A program made the position numbers and the translations under genes. 64,000 nt of DNA, taken from positions 1,024,001-1,088,000 of the forward strand of contig CAVSGM010000002.1 of NCBI GenBank assembly GCA_963727485.1. The letters run 5' to 3'. The notes beneath the pieces were generated by a model. The model was not told the origin of the DNA, made no database searches, and saw only the letters and a list, made by a program, of their open reading frames with translations. This DNA is from an uncultured delta proteobacterium. GTDB lineage: Bacteria; Myxococcota; Myxococcia; SLRQ01. Every line of letters begins with the position of its first letter. Positions within the stretch are counted from its first letter, which is position 1. Positions 43,534-54,562 of the stretch are shown piece after piece.

Positions 43534-44667
43534 ATGTTCCCGCTGCTCTTCGACTTCTCGCTCTCGCCCCACGCCTTCACCGTCGTCCTCTACCTGGGGG
43601 CGGTGATCCTCCCGGCGCTCTTCGCCTGGCGCGCCTGGAAGGACGTGAAGGACGGCCTCGACGACGACCCCTCCCGCCCCTGGAAGGTGGGCCTGGGGTG
43701 GGGCGCGATGCTCCTGGCCCTGGTCACCCTGGGGGTCAAGCCCTGGACCCGGACCAGCGCGGTGGACGTGCCCCTGCACACCTACGGGCTGCTCATCGCC
43801 ATGGGCTTCGTCAGCGCCATCATCGTCACCACCCGGGAGGCCGAGCGCACCGGCCTCGACAAGAACCACATCCTCGACCTCGCCTTCTGGGTGCTGCTCT
43901 CGGGCCTCGGCGGGGCCCGGATCGTGTTCATCCTGGTGAACCTGCCCCAGTACTTCGGCGCCAACTTCTTCACCCCCGACCTGGTGATCCCGCTGGTCCA
44001 CTGGCGGGTGCCCACCATCCTCGCGGTGTGGCGCGGCGGCCTGGTGTTCTACGGGGGGCTCCTGGGCGCCTTCCTGGCGGTGGTGATCTACCTCAAGAAG
44101 TTCAAGCTGCCCTTCTTCCGCTACACCGACGCCATCGTCCCGGCGGTGGCGCTGGGGCACTTCTTCGGGCGGCTGGGCTGCTTCTCCGCCGGGTGCTGCT
44201 TCGGCAAGCCGGTGAGCCCGGGCAACTTCTTCGCCACCTACTTCCCCCAGGGGTCCCTGGCCTTCATGCAGACCAAGGCGGCGACCCACATCGAGCACCT
44301 CGGCCAGCTCACCACCGGGCCCATCTACCCCACCCAGCTCTTCGAGTCGCTGGCGGTGCTGATGATCTTCTTCATCCTCATCGCCATGCGTCGGCGCAAG
44401 CGCTTCCACGGCCAGCTGCTGATCACCTACTTCATCCTCTACCCCATCTGGCGCAGCTTCAACGAGTGCCTGCGCGGGGACTACCTGCGGGGGATGATCT
44501 TCCGCTGGCCGGCGAAGAGCCCGCTCATCCTCTCCACCTCCCAGCTCATCTCCATCTTCGTGGTGGGGATGGGGGTGGCGTTCATGGTCTACCGGCTCCG
44601 GCGGATCCGGGCCGAGGCCCGGGACCAGGCGGGGGCGGGGAAGCACTCTGGCGTAGCTGCGGCGTGA
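43534..44667 (+). CDS. lgt: Prolipoprotein diacylglyceryl transferase with an N-terminal TM extension
   Basis: TYGLLIA, GARI, GGLVFYGG, GRLGCF.AGCCFG, PTQLFES. Confidence 0.93.
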   Translation: MFPLLFDFSLSPHAFTVVLYLGAVILPALFAWRAWKDVKDGLDDDPSRPWKVGLGWGAMLLALVTLGVKPWTRTSAVDVPLHTYGLLIAMGFVSAIIVTTREAERTGLDKNHILDLAFWVLLSGLGGARIVFILVNLPQYFGANFFTPDLVIPLVHWRVPTILAVWRGGLVFYGGLLGAFLAVVIYLKKFKLPFFRYTDAIVPAVALGHFFGRLGCFSAGCCFGKPVSPGNFFATYFPQGSLAFMQTKAATHIEHLGQLTTGPIYPTQLFESLAVLMIFFILIAMRRRKRFHGQLLITYFILYPIWRSFNECLRGDYLRGMIFRWPAKSPLILSTSQLISIFVVGMGVAFMVYRLRRIRAEARDQAGAGKHSGVAAA

Positions 44668-44687
44668 CCCGGTAGAATGGGCGGCCG

Positions 44688-45383
44688 ATGGCGCTCAAGT
44701 CGGACAAGAATGCCGCCTACGAGGCGCTGGTCGCCGAGCTCGACTCCGAGCTCAAGGGCCTGCAGGTCCGCTACGAGCAGTACTTCCTGGGGATGGAGCG
44801 CGCCGAGCCCGCCCGGGAGCGCGCCGCCCTGCGGGGGCGCCTCGAGGCCCTGAAGCGCGAGTACATCCGCAACACCGGTCTCAAGTTCCGCATCAGCTCC
44901 CTGTGGCAGAAGTTCCTCTCCTACGAGCGGATGTGGCAGCGCACCGTCACCGAGATCGAGGAGGGGCGCTACCACCGGGACGTGGCCAAGGCGCGGATGC
45001 GCCAGAAGGCCCGGGCCGAGCGCGAGGCCGCCGAGAAGGCCCGGGCGCCCGAGACCGGCGCCCCGGGTGCGGACGCCGCCGCCGGCGCCCCGTCCGCCGC
45101 CGCGGGTACCGCCGCCGCTGCCCCCTCCGCCGCCGCCCGGGCCGCCGCGCGGCGCCCCACCGCCGAGGGCCTCTCCGACGACAAGCTCGAGCGCCTCTAC
45201 CAGGCGTTCATCACCGCCAAGAAGCGGTGCAAGGAGGACACCTCCGGGCTCACCCTCGACGGAATGCGCAAGAGCCTCACCCGCCAGATCCCCCAGATCA
45301 AGGCGAAGCACAAGGCGTCGGCGGTGGACTTCAAGGTGGTGATCAAGGGCGGCAAGGCCGTCCTCAAGGCTGTGCCTCGCTAG
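44688..45383 (+). CDS. MXAN_5187 C-terminal-domain-like protein
   Basis: YEQYFLG.ER.EP N-terminus and LYQAFITAKKRC...VDFKVVIKGGKAVLKA C-terminus; family by recognition. Confidence 0.7.
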   Translation: MALKSDKNAAYEALVAELDSELKGLQVRYEQYFLGMERAEPARERAALRGRLEALKREYIRNTGLKFRISSLWQKFLSYERMWQRTVTEIEEGRYHRDVAKARMRQKARAEREAAEKARAPETGAPGADAAAGAPSAAAGTAAAAPSAAARAAARRPTAEGLSDDKLERLYQAFITAKKRCKEDTSGLTLDGMRKSLTRQIPQIKAKHKASAVDFKVVIKGGKAVLKAVPR

Positions 45384-46300
45384 ACCCGTCGGGGAACACG
45401 AGCGAGGCGGTCACCGCCACGGCCAGCACCCCGCCGATGACCGCCAGGGAGATCTCCGGGGGCATCGGCCACGCGTCCTCGAGGAACATCTTCGCGGCCA
45501 CGAAGACCAGGATCACCCCCAGGCCCTTCTCCAGGAACCGGAGGCGGTCGAGGAGGCCCTGGAGCACCCCGAAGAGCGCCCGGAGCCCCACCACCGCGAA
45601 GATGTTGCTGGTGAACACGATGAACGGGTCCCGGGTGACGCCGAAGACCGCGGGGATGGAGTCCACGGCGAACAGGACGTCGGTCACCTCGAGCATCACC
45701 AGGACCAGGAGCAGCGGGGTGGCGAGGATGCGCCCCTCTTCCCGGACCAGGAACCGGCGCTCCCGGTAGCCGTCGGTCATGGGCACCACCCGGCGGAAGG
45801 CGCGCATCACCAGGCTGTGCTCCGGGTCGACCGACTCCTCTTCGCCGCCGAGCAAGAGCTTGCCGCCGCTCCAGAGGAGGATGGCGCCGAAGCCGTAGAA
45901 CACCCACTCGAAGCGGCTGGCGAGGGCGATCCCCGCGAAGATGAAGATCGCCCGGAGGGCCATGGCCCCGAGCACGCCCCAGTAGAGCACCCGGTGGCGC
46001 AGGCGCTCGGGGACCCGGAAGAAGCTGAAGAGCAGGAGGAAGACGAAGATGTTGTCGACCGAGAGGGCCTGCTCCACCAGGTAGCCGGTGAGGTACTCCA
46101 CCCCGGCCCGGTGCCCGGCGAAGATCCGAGATCCCGGCGCCAAACGCCAGCCCCAGGGCGATCCAGGCGGCGCTCCACCCGGCGGCCTCGCCGGCGGTCA
46201 GGGCCCGGTCCGAGGGGTGGGCCCAGAGGTCCACGACCAGGATCACCAGGACGAGGCCGAGGAAGACGGCCCAGGCAAGGGGGGAACCGATGGTGTGCAC
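45364..46300 (-). CDS. TerC/Alx family membrane protein (frameshift near 46130)
   Basis: EQALSVDNIFVF, HRVLYWGVLGA, DVLFAVDSIPA, TSNIFAVVGLR; the N-terminal TM lies in an adjacent frame. Confidence 0.9.
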
Positions 46301-46428
46301 GGGGGGCTCGGGCGGGGGAGACGGGCCCCGGAGCCGGCGGGGCCGGGGCCTTGGGGGCAGCCTGCGTCACGCCCGGCGACGGAGCAAGGAATCCGGCGTC
46401 GAATCCCGGGGATCCGGGGGGGGGCCGC

Positions 46429-47052
46429 CTACGCCGCCCCGGTCTCGGGGCCCACGATCCCGGCGCTGATGATCACCCGCATCCCCTCGTCCACCGAGTA
46501 GGGCGTGGCGCGAAGCTCGGTCTCGGGGACCAGGATCAGCCAGCCGCTGGTGGGGTTGGGGGTGGTGGGGATGAAGACGTAGACCGACCCCGGCGGCGGC
46601 GGGAGGCCCGAGGGGACGTCGGCGGTGACGAAGCCCAGGGTCCACAGGCCCTTTCGGGGGAACTCCACGGCGACCACCTTGCGAAACGGCCGGCGGTCGC
46701 TCTGGAAGGCCTGGGAGACCTCCTTGGTGACCCGGTAGAGGCCCCGGACCAGCGGCACCCGGGTGACCGCCGCGTCCCACAGGTGGATGAGCCGCTTGCC
46801 GGCGACGTTGGAGGCGATGAGGCCGATGGCGTAGACCAGCAGCACGGTGGCCAGGATCCCCAGCCCCGGCACGTGGAAGCCCACCCACCGGGCGAGGAGC
46901 GGCCCGAGGAAGCCGTCGATGGCGCCGAAGAGGGCCCAGAGGACCCAGGCGGTGACCGCCACCGGGACCAGGAACACCAGGCCGGTGCCGAAGGTGCGCT
47001 TGAGGTGGCTGCTGACGGGGCCGGGGGTGCCGGGCGCGGGGGACGGGCTCAT
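46429..47052 (-). CDS. DUF502 family membrane protein
   Basis: TGLVFLVPVAVT, VEFPRKG, VFIPTTPNPTSG. Confidence 0.88.
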   Translation of the reverse strand: MSPSPAPGTPGPVSSHLKRTFGTGLVFLVPVAVTAWVLWALFGAIDGFLGPLLARWVGFHVPGLGILATVLLVYAIGLIASNVAGKRLIHLWDAAVTRVPLVRGLYRVTKEVSQAFQSDRRPFRKVVAVEFPRKGLWTLGFVTADVPSGLPPPPGSVYVFIPTTPNPTSGWLILVPETELRATPYSVDEGMRVIISAGIVGPETGAA

Positions 47053-47126
47053 GGCCCGGGAGTGTAGTCCCCGGATCCCGGGGTGGGCTCGCCAAGTTTC
47101 GGGGCAGGGGCTAGTGTGCCCCTGCC

Positions 47127-48686
47127 ATGACCCAAGATCACGACGAGCTGGCCCTGACCCACGAGACGGCGCACCGGGCGCTGGTGGCGCGGATCTTCGA
47201 CCACCTGCGCGGGAAGGTGCGCTACGCGGACCTGGTCATCGAGGAGGTGACCAAGGTCGAGCTCAACCGCCTCCTCGGGGGCGAGGAGCTCCTCAAGCCG
47301 TTCACCTCCAAGGGCGCGTTGCAGCTGCGCCTGGTCGGCGACGAGGGGCGCAAGCTCGAGCTCTCGGTGGGGCTCCTGCCCTTCGAGGCCCTGGTCGAGC
47401 AGCTCGACTACGCGGTGGGGGCGCTGGCGCTCCAGGAGCCGGTGCCGGGCTTCGGGCTGGCCCCGGTCCCCAACCGCGCCCGGGTCCGCTACGGCCACCC
47501 GGTGCCCTTCGACCTGCGCTCCGGGGACGTGGGGCCCTACATGCGGGCGCTCCTCGACGACCTCGATCGCCTCGCCGCCGAGCAGGTGGCCACCGCGGCC
47601 ACCGCCTCCGGCGCCGACCCCGCGGACCTGCAGCTCGCCACCGAGGTGTGGTGCTACTACCAGGTCGAGGAGAAGCTGGTCGCCGACTCCGAGGGGCTGC
47701 TCAAGACCCAGATCCTCCCGAGCACCTTCCTCTCGATCACCGCCAAGGCCACCAACGCCAAGACCGGGCGGATGACCGAGCAGCGCGGGCGCATCGGCGA
47801 CATCCGGCCGCTGGACTGGCTCTTCGCCCCCGGGGGGCGGACGCTCCGGGGCGAGCACCGGGAGGTCTTGGGGGGCACCCTGCGCCGGGCCCTGGCCCTC
47901 CAGGGCGCCCGGACCCTCTCGGCCGAGGAGCTGGCGAAGGTCACCCACTTCGTCCTCGACTCCACGGCCATGGTCTTCGTCCACGAGGCCCAGGGGCACA
48001 ACTTCGAGGCGGACATCATCAAGGACGGGGGCTCGGGGCTGGTCAAGGCCGACGGCACCCCGGCGCGCGATCCCCTCGGCACCCCGGTGGTCGATCTCTA
48101 CGACGGGCCGGTGCGCAACCCCGACGGCACCTTCGAGACCGAGGCGGGCTTCGGCACCCACTTCATCGACGACGAGGGGGTGGAGGTCACGCCGGTGCAG
48201 CTGGTGAAGAACGGCCGCATCGTCTCCATGCTCCACTCCCGGGAGACGGCCCACCACTTCAAGACCGAGCCCAACGGCCGGGGCTTCTCCGAGCTCGGAG
48301 ACCCCAGGATCCCGCGGATGACCAACACCTACCTCTACCCCGCCGACGACGCGCCCTGGCACGACGACGTGGACGCGCTCTTCGAGGGCATCCCCTATGG
48401 CCTGTGGCTCGAGGGGTCCAAGGGCGGGGCGGTGAGCCGGGACGGGATGAGCACCTCCATCCAGTACGTCCGGGTGATCCGCGACGGGAAGCTGACGGGC
48501 GAGGTGCTGCTCCCGGCGAACCTCACGGTGCGCACCGTCACCGCCCTCGAGGGGGTGGAGGCCTTCGCCGGCCCCCTGAAGTGCGACGACCCGGGGTTCT
48601 GCGGCAAGGGGCAGACCAAGACGGTCACCGACGGCGGTCCCATCACCCGCATCCGGCGCACCGACGCCATCACCATCGGCTGGTAG
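47127..48686 (+). CDS. tldD: TldD-family metalloprotease subunit
   Basis: VHEAQGHNFEAD, DDEGV, PRMTNT, CGKGQ. Confidence 0.85.
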   Translation: MTQDHDELALTHETAHRALVARIFDHLRGKVRYADLVIEEVTKVELNRLLGGEELLKPFTSKGALQLRLVGDEGRKLELSVGLLPFEALVEQLDYAVGALALQEPVPGFGLAPVPNRARVRYGHPVPFDLRSGDVGPYMRALLDDLDRLAAEQVATAATASGADPADLQLATEVWCYYQVEEKLVADSEGLLKTQILPSTFLSITAKATNAKTGRMTEQRGRIGDIRPLDWLFAPGGRTLRGEHREVLGGTLRRALALQGARTLSAEELAKVTHFVLDSTAMVFVHEAQGHNFEADIIKDGGSGLVKADGTPARDPLGTPVVDLYDGPVRNPDGTFETEAGFGTHFIDDEGVEVTPVQLVKNGRIVSMLHSRETAHHFKTEPNGRGFSELGDPRIPRMTNTYLYPADDAPWHDDVDALFEGIPYGLWLEGSKGGAVSRDGMSTSIQYVRVIRDGKLTGEVLLPANLTVRTVTALEGVEAFAGPLKCDDPGFCGKGQTKTVTDGGPITRIRRTDAITIGW

Positions 48687-48696
48687 GAGGCTTTCG

Positions 48697-50064
48697 ATGG
48701 AGGTCCTGACCCGCCTCGACGAGATCGCGCGGCAGATCGTGAAGCGCGGCCTCGAGGACGCGATCGACGTGGAGGTCCGCATCACCCGCCACGACGGCTA
48801 CGGCTACGAGATGCACGGCCGGGAGCTGGCGCCGAAGATGGCCCTGGGCCGGGTGCAGGTGGGCCTCCGGGCGCTCACCCACGAGGGGATGGCGCTGGCG
48901 GCGACCACCAGCCTCGACGTCGAGGAGAACCTGGCCGCCCTCCGGGCGTCGCTGAAGAGCGCCCGGCCCACGCCGCTCTCGGCCTTCGCCGGCGGCGCCT
49001 TCGACCCGGACGTCGAAGGCCACGACGAGGCCTGGGACGCGTTCGCCACCGGCCCCGCGGCCCTCAAGGATCTCGCCGCCGCCATGCGCGACGGGCTCTA
49101 CCGCGAGCACGGCGAGGACCCCCGCCTCGAGGCCGCCGAGGGCGAGGTGGGCTTCGGCACCACCTGGACCGCCATCGCCTCCAAGGGCGGGCACGCGGCC
49201 TTCAAGCGCACCTCGGGGCACGCCTACGCCCAGCTCAACGGCGGCCACTACGAGGTCCTCTACCTCGACCGGGCGCCGGGAACCGCCGAGCAGGAGAAGG
49301 TCGCGCACCTCGCCGCCCACACCTTCGAGGCGATGCCCGAGCGGATGGTGACCCCCTCGGAGTTCGGGCTCTCGGGGACGGTGCCGGCGATCTTCCACCC
49401 CCAGCTCACCGAGTCGATCCTGCGGATCGCCGCCCAGGAGAAGTTTTTGGGCTCGTCGAAGCGCACCGGGCTCTCCCGCTTCGAGGCGGGACAGCCCCTG
49501 TGGGACCCCAAGCTCACCCTCCTGGACACCGCGCGCGCCGGGGGGCTCGCCACCTCCCGGCCGGTGGACGACGAGCTGACCGCCACCGGGGAGACGCCGC
49601 TGATCGACGCCGGCGCCTTCGCGGGGCTGGTGTGGAGCCGGCGCTCCGCCGCCGAGGGCGAGACCGAGAGCACCGGCAACGGCTACCGCTCGCCGATGCT
49701 GGTCGAGGACCCCAACGAGGCCCCCGTGCGCGACCGGCTCTCGGGCCTGGTGATGGACGGCGGGGACACGCCGCTCGAGGCGCTCATCGGCACGGTGGAC
49801 CGTGGGATCTACGTCCACGCCTGCCTCGGCCTCCACGGCGCCGACAAGTCCCGGGCTGCCTTCTCCGCCGCGGTCTACGACGGCTTCGCGGTCGAGGACG
49901 GGAAGATCGTGGCGACGCTGACCCCCGGCTCGTGGAACGCCGCGGGCCTGGTGTTCCCCGAGGGCGAGAACAAGGGGATCTTCGGCGAGGTGACCGTGAG
50001 CCGGGACCGGGAGGTCACCGGGTCGGCGCGGCTCCCGTGGATCCTGGGGACCCTGTCGGTCTAG
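48697..50064 (+). CDS. TldE/PmbA-family subunit
   Basis: Follows tldD; SRPVDDE, STGNG; no HExxxH, as expected for TldE. Confidence 0.75.
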   Translation: MEVLTRLDEIARQIVKRGLEDAIDVEVRITRHDGYGYEMHGRELAPKMALGRVQVGLRALTHEGMALAATTSLDVEENLAALRASLKSARPTPLSAFAGGAFDPDVEGHDEAWDAFATGPAALKDLAAAMRDGLYREHGEDPRLEAAEGEVGFGTTWTAIASKGGHAAFKRTSGHAYAQLNGGHYEVLYLDRAPGTAEQEKVAHLAAHTFEAMPERMVTPSEFGLSGTVPAIFHPQLTESILRIAAQEKFLGSSKRTGLSRFEAGQPLWDPKLTLLDTARAGGLATSRPVDDELTATGETPLIDAGAFAGLVWSRRSAAEGETESTGNGYRSPMLVEDPNEAPVRDRLSGLVMDGGDTPLEALIGTVDRGIYVHACLGLHGADKSRAAFSAAVYDGFAVEDGKIVATLTPGSWNAAGLVFPEGENKGIFGEVTVSRDREVTGSARLPWILGTLSV

Positions 50065-50080
50065 GGATCGGCCCCGGCGG

Positions 50081-50681
50081 TCACGCGGCCTCGGCGAGGC
50101 GGTAGCGCCAGGGGCGCCTCGCCCAGGCGCCGGCGTAGTCGACCCCGACCCGCGGCGAGGTGACGGTCCTGCCCCGGCGCCTCCCGGCGCCGTCCTCGAT
50201 CCACAGGTCCGACCGCGGATCGGTGAGGTCGACGCCGTTGTGGGTCTCCCGGCGGATGCCGAAGACCTTCGTCAGGCGCCCGGGGCCGATGGCGTTGGGG
50301 GCCGCGCCGTGCGCCCGCGCGTCCGCCCGCGTCGCTCCCCGCCGCCTCTCCGCCGACGGTCACCCGATCGACCCCCCGGAGGAGCACCGCGGCGGGGAAG
50401 CCGTCCTCGCCGGTGACCACGTTGAGGCAGTGGTGCATCCCGTAGATCAGGTACACGTAGGCGCGCCCCGGCGGCCCGAACATGATGCCCGCCCGGGGCG
50501 TCCGGCCGAAGCGGGCGTGGGAGGCCCGGTCGTCGGGGCCGTGGTAGGCCTCGGTCTCCACGATGCGCCCGCGGATCACCCGGCCGTCGCCCTGGCGGTG
50601 GCAGAGGGTCTTCCCCAACAGGTCCCGGGCGACCTTCCGGGTGTCCCGGGCGTAGAAGGCGTGGCCGAGGCGCACGCTCAC
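50081..50681 (-). CDS. mpg: 3-methyladenine DNA glycosylase, AAG/MPG family (frameshift near 50300-50340)
   Basis: [40 protein letters not shown], then GPGRLT...PRVGV...PWRY in a shifted frame. Confidence 0.9.
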
Positions 50682-52492
50682 GGCGCCCTCCCCTCGAGCC
50701 CGTAGCCGGCGGCGACCACCGCGTCCACCAGGCGCTCCCAGGCCACCGCCCGCGGCCCCTCGCCCGGGTGGGCGGTGCGCCAGCGGGCGAGGACGTCGAG
50801 GAGGGCGTGGCGCGCCGAGGGCGCGAGGCAGGCCGCGGGGATCGGGGCGCCGGGATCCCCCCTGCCGGCGCGGTCTGCGCGCCCCGCCTCGGCCAGGAAG
50901 CAGGCCGCGGCGCTCACCGCGGCGGCGAGGGCCCCCGGATCCGGCGTCACCGGGAACGGCGCCGGCACCGGCAGCGCCCGCACCTCGCCGAGCTTCACGT
51001 GGCTCCCCGGGTGGTGCAGCCCGTACCAGGCGCCGGTGGGCGCGGCGTTGAGCACCGCCAGCAGGTACCACGGCGAGCACGCGGGCCCGCCTGGCCCCTC
51101 GGCCTCGTGGAGCACGTGGACGGTGTCCAGGGGGATGTGGCCCGCGGTGTCCATGGCGGCGATGAGCCGGCCCCCGGCGGTCTCCCGGAGCAGCACCTTG
51201 AGGGGCCGCTCGAAGCTCTCGCGCTTGCGGGGCCGGGCGCCGTGGACGGTGCGCAGGACCTCGGGGCGGTAGTCGAGCCACCCGGCCGGTTGCACCCGGT
51301 ACCGGGACACCGTGCGGCCCCGGACGCAGGGTGCCCGGTGCGCCCCACCCCGCGCCTCGGCGACGAAACGGGCGTCGTCGGCGGTCTTCACCCCCAGGCT
51401 TTGGGTGCACAGGGTGCCCAGGGGGACGCCCGCCTCCGTCATGCGCTCGAGGCGGGCGAGGCGGGCCGGGTCGGTGGGGAGGGCCGCCGAGCGGGCGGCG
51501 CGGCGGGCGAGGACGGCGGGGTCGACCTCGGCGTGGGGACCCGGGCGACCCTCGGCGTCCAGGGTGCCCAGGCGCACCGGGCCCGCGACGCCCCGGCCGG
51601 CGACCACCACCACCGGGTGCACCGCGGCCCCGAAGGCCCGGCCGGTGACCCGGTGCACGGCGACGGCGCGGAACCCGTCGCCGCCCCCGTCCGCGCCCCC
51701 GGCGAAGAGGAGCCGGCGCAGCGGCGCGAAGCTCGACGTCCCCAAAAACGAGTCGGAGAGCACCAGGGCCACGCGCCCCCCGGGGGCGAGGTGATCCGCC
51801 GCCGCCTCCACGAAGAGGCCGTAGAGGTCGCACTTGTTCCGGAAGGTCCGGTACCGGGCCTTCAGCGCCCCCCGCTCGGCGTCCGGGAGGCGGACGATGT
51901 TCACGAACGGGGGGTTGCCCACGACCGCGTCGGCGGCGTCCACCGGCCAGGGGCCGAGGAGGGCGTCGCCGGCGACCAGGTGCCCCTCGGGGACCGGGTA
52001 GCCCTCGGCGGCGAGGATCGCCCGGCACACGGCCAGGGCCCCGGGGTCCCGGTCGACGCCGAAGAGGGCCGCGGCGGCGGCGCGGCGCGGATGCGGGTGG
52101 CCCCCGGCCCGGGCCCGGGCCTCGAGGCGGCGGGCGGCGGCGAGGAGGAACACGCCCCCACCGCACGCCGGGTCCACCACCCGGGGCAGGGGTCCGGCGG
52201 CGGCGGGCGGGTCCGGGAGCGCCGCCGCGACCAGCCAGGCGGCGAGCCTCGGGGGCGTGTAGAAGGCCCCGAGGCCCCGGCGGTGGGCGGCGGAGAGGAG
52301 GGCCTCGTAGAGGGGGCCCGCGGCCGCGGCCGACCCGGGCCCCCGGGTCGCGAGCCAGGCGAGGGTCACCGCGTCGGGGGCCTCGCCGGCGGCGACCCGG
52401 GCCCGGGCCGCGGCGAGCGCCGCCTCCGGGAGGGCACCGGGGGCGTCTGCGGCCGGGGCGGCGGGCTGGGGGGCGCGGGCAGGCGAGGACAT
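50678..52492 (-). CDS. Orphan gamma-class N6-adenine DNA methyltransferase with a TaqI_C-like target recognition region
   Basis: [37 protein letters not shown]; no nuclease domain recognised. Confidence 0.85.
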   Translation of the reverse strand: MSSPARAPQPAAPAADAPGALPEAALAAARARVAAGEAPDAVTLAWLATRGPGSAAAAGPLYEALLSAAHRRGLGAFYTPPRLAAWLVAAALPDPPAAAGPLPRVVDPACGGGVFLLAAARRLEARARAGGHPHPRRAAAAALFGVDRDPGALAVCRAILAAEGYPVPEGHLVAGDALLGPWPVDAADAVVGNPPFVNIVRLPDAERGALKARYRTFRNKCDLYGLFVEAAADHLAPGGRVALVLSDSFLGTSSFAPLRRLLFAGGADGGGDGFRAVAVHRVTGRAFGAAVHPVVVVAGRGVAGPVRLGTLDAEGRPGPHAEVDPAVLARRAARSAALPTDPARLARLERMTEAGVPLGTLCTQSLGVKTADDARFVAEARGGAHRAPCVRGRTVSRYRVQPAGWLDYRPEVLRTVHGARPRKRESFERPLKVLLRETAGGRLIAAMDTAGHIPLDTVHVLHEAEGPGGPACSPWYLLAVLNAAPTGAWYGLHHPGSHVKLGEVRALPVPAPFPVTPDPGALAAAVSAAACFLAEAGRADRAGRGDPGAPIPAACLAPSARHALLDVLARWRTAHPGEGPRAVAWERLVDAVVAAGYGLEGRAP

Positions 52493-52603
52493 GGGGCTTC
52501 CAACCCCCTTCTACCGGATCGGGCCCTGGACGTCCCCGGGGAGGGTCCCCTATCCACCCGATTTTCCGTGGCCGGCCCGGCGCCGGCCGGGTCTTCCCGA
52601 TCG

Positions 52604-52894
52604 ATGACGCCGCACCCCGAAGCCCTTCCCGACGTTCCCCAATCCCCCGAGCCCGAGGCCGCCGTCCCCGCCGCCCGCCTGGTCCTCGACCCCCAGGGCC
52701 TCGCCTACGACCTGGTCGCGGACATCCCCGGCGGCCTGCGCATCTACCGCCGCGAGGCCGTGTACGCCCTGACCTACGCCCTGCCCGGCGGCGGGTGCAT
52801 CCTCCTCGCCGACCTCGACGCCGAGACCGCCCGGAAGCGGGTGGCCCGGTTCCTCGGCCGGGACCCGGGTCCCCTCTCGGACTGGCGGGGCTAG
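52604..52894 (+). CDS. Small hypothetical protein
   Basis: 96-aa ORF with host-like GC3 codon usage that fills the gap between genes. Confidence 0.55.
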   Translation: MTPHPEALPDVPQSPEPEAAVPAARLVLDPQGLAYDLVADIPGGLRIYRREAVYALTYALPGGGCILLADLDAETARKRVARFLGRDPGPLSDWRG

Positions 52895-54039
52895 GCCCGG
52901 CGCCGGCGGCGGAGCCCGGCGAGGGCCACCGCGCCGAGGACCAGGACCGCGGCGTCGCCCGGGGACCCGCCCCCGGCGGCGGCACAGGCCCCGCACCCCG
53001 AAGGCTTCGGCGGCGGCACGCGGCCCGCAGGCTTCGGCGGCGGCGGGCGGCCCGTGTCCAGGGCGCGGCCGAGGGGGAAGCCCCGCTCGCCGGCGCCGGA
53101 GCCCGACCCCGCGGCGGCGCTCGGGCCGGCGCCGCCGCCCGGCGCTGCCCCCGGCGCCGCCACCTTGGGCGGCGGCAGGGTGAGGTCCCCGTCGAAGCGC
53201 ATCAGGGGCCGCAGGGGCCCGTTCACCGAGGGCGCGGCGAAGTCGCTGCGCACCGGCACCGCGAGGCCCACCTGCGCTTCGGCCCACCGCGCCAGGGCCT
53301 TGGAGACCGGCCCCCCGGGCGCCCGGGCGAGGCCCAGGGCGAAGTCCATGCCCCCGAGGTCGGGCAGCGGCCCGGTGGCGAGGACGGTGAGGTCGAGGGT
53401 GTGGGCCGGGAGCGCCTCGGCGAGGCGCAGGGGCACAAGCGGCCGCTTCGCCGGGAAGGCGAAGGCGACCGCGCCCACCCGCACCCGGCCCTCGGCCTCG
53501 GGGAGGGTGATCGCCGCGAAGCGCCACCCCCGGGAGGCGTAGTCGGCGAGCACCGCCCGGGGCACCCCCCGGAGCTTCTCCTTGGGCAGGAAGCCCACGT
53601 GCACCGGCTCGGCGAAGGTGACCTTCGGGGGCGCCACCCGGGCCAGGGCGATGGCCGGGACCCGGCCGGCGGCGCGGCCCCGGGGGCGGTTCCGGGGGGC
53701 GAGGGCCCGGCCCGCCGGGGTCCCCGGGCCCGCATCCGGGGCGTCTGCCGCCGCGGCGGCCGCCCCGGGCTTCGCGGGCCCCGCGCCCAGGGGCCACCCG
53801 GGGGGCACCGGCACGATCCGGGCCCCCGGCGGCAGGGGCACCACCAGGCGCCCGGCGCCGGAGACGTCCTCGACCACCGGCGACACCGCCAGGACCTCGT
53901 GCCCGTCCTTCCAGGCGAGGAGCGCCGAGAGGCGCAGGAGCCGCGCCCCCTCGACGCCGTAGGCGTGCGCCGCCGCGGGCACCACCAGGGCGGCGGCGAC
54001 GACGAGGGCCGCCAGGCGGAGGGGCGCAGGTTTCACCAT
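52891..54039 (-). CDS. Secreted DUF2330-like protein with a MYXO-CTERM sorting signal
   Basis: Signal peptide AAAHA; LVVPLP..., PLVPLRL; C-terminal SGCGAC-linker-TM-RRRRR. Confidence 0.7.
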   Translation of the reverse strand: MVKPAPLRLAALVVAAALVVPAAAHAYGVEGARLLRLSALLAWKDGHEVLAVSPVVEDVSGAGRLVVPLPPGARIVPVPPGWPLGAGPAKPGAAAAAADAPDAGPGTPAGRALAPRNRPRGRAAGRVPAIALARVAPPKVTFAEPVHVGFLPKEKLRGVPRAVLADYASRGWRFAAITLPEAEGRVRVGAVAFAFPAKRPLVPLRLAEALPAHTLDLTVLATGPLPDLGGMDFALGLARAPGGPVSKALARWAEAQVGLAVPVRSDFAAPSVNGPLRPLMRFDGDLTLPPPKVAAPGAAPGGGAGPSAAAGSGSGAGERGFPLGRALDTGRPPPPKPAGRVPPPKPSGCGACAAAGGGSPGDAAVLVLGAVALAGLRRRRRA

Positions 54040-54066
54040 CACGCCCGGTGGTGTAACACACGGGCC

Positions 54067-54522
54067 ATGCCCCTGGATCCCAACGTCGAGACCGCCATCC
54101 GGCAGTTCATGGAGCACGCGATCCCCTTCAACCAGCACGTGGGCCTCCGGGTGGTCCACCTGGAGGAGGGCTTCGCCCGCCTCGAGGTGCCGTTCCACGA
54201 CGCCCTCATCGGCGATCCCCTGCGGCCGGCGATCCACGGCGGGGTCCTCTCGACCCTCATCGACACCTGCGGCGGCGCCGCGGTGTTCACCCACTTCGAC
54301 GACCTCGGCGATCGCACCAGCACCGTGGACCTGCGGGTCGACTACCTGCGCCCCGGGGGCAAGGAGACCCTCATCGCCGAGGCCAACGTGGTCCGCATCG
54401 GCAACCGGGTGGCCGTGGTCGACGTGGTGGTCTTCCACGAAGGCGGCCGCGAGGCGCCGCTGGCCACCGGCAAGGCGGTCTACAACGTGCGCCGGGCACG
54501 CGACGCCCGGGGCGGCGAGTAG
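54067..54522 (+). CDS. PaaI-family hotdog thioesterase
   Basis: IPFN..., IHGGVLSTLIDTCGG, STVDLRVDYLRP. Confidence 0.9.
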   Translation: MPLDPNVETAIRQFMEHAIPFNQHVGLRVVHLEEGFARLEVPFHDALIGDPLRPAIHGGVLSTLIDTCGGAAVFTHFDDLGDRTSTVDLRVDYLRPGGKETLIAEANVVRIGNRVAVVDVVVFHEGGREAPLATGKAVYNVRRARDARGGE

Positions 54523-54562
54523 CCAGCCCCGGGCGCCTTCGGGCCGTGGCCGGGCCCTGCGA

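Noticed and set aside
46301..46428. yybP-ykoY (Mn) riboswitch expected upstream of terC/alx
   Set aside because: The conserved riboswitch core could not be recognised by eye; an Rfam/Infernal scan would be needed.
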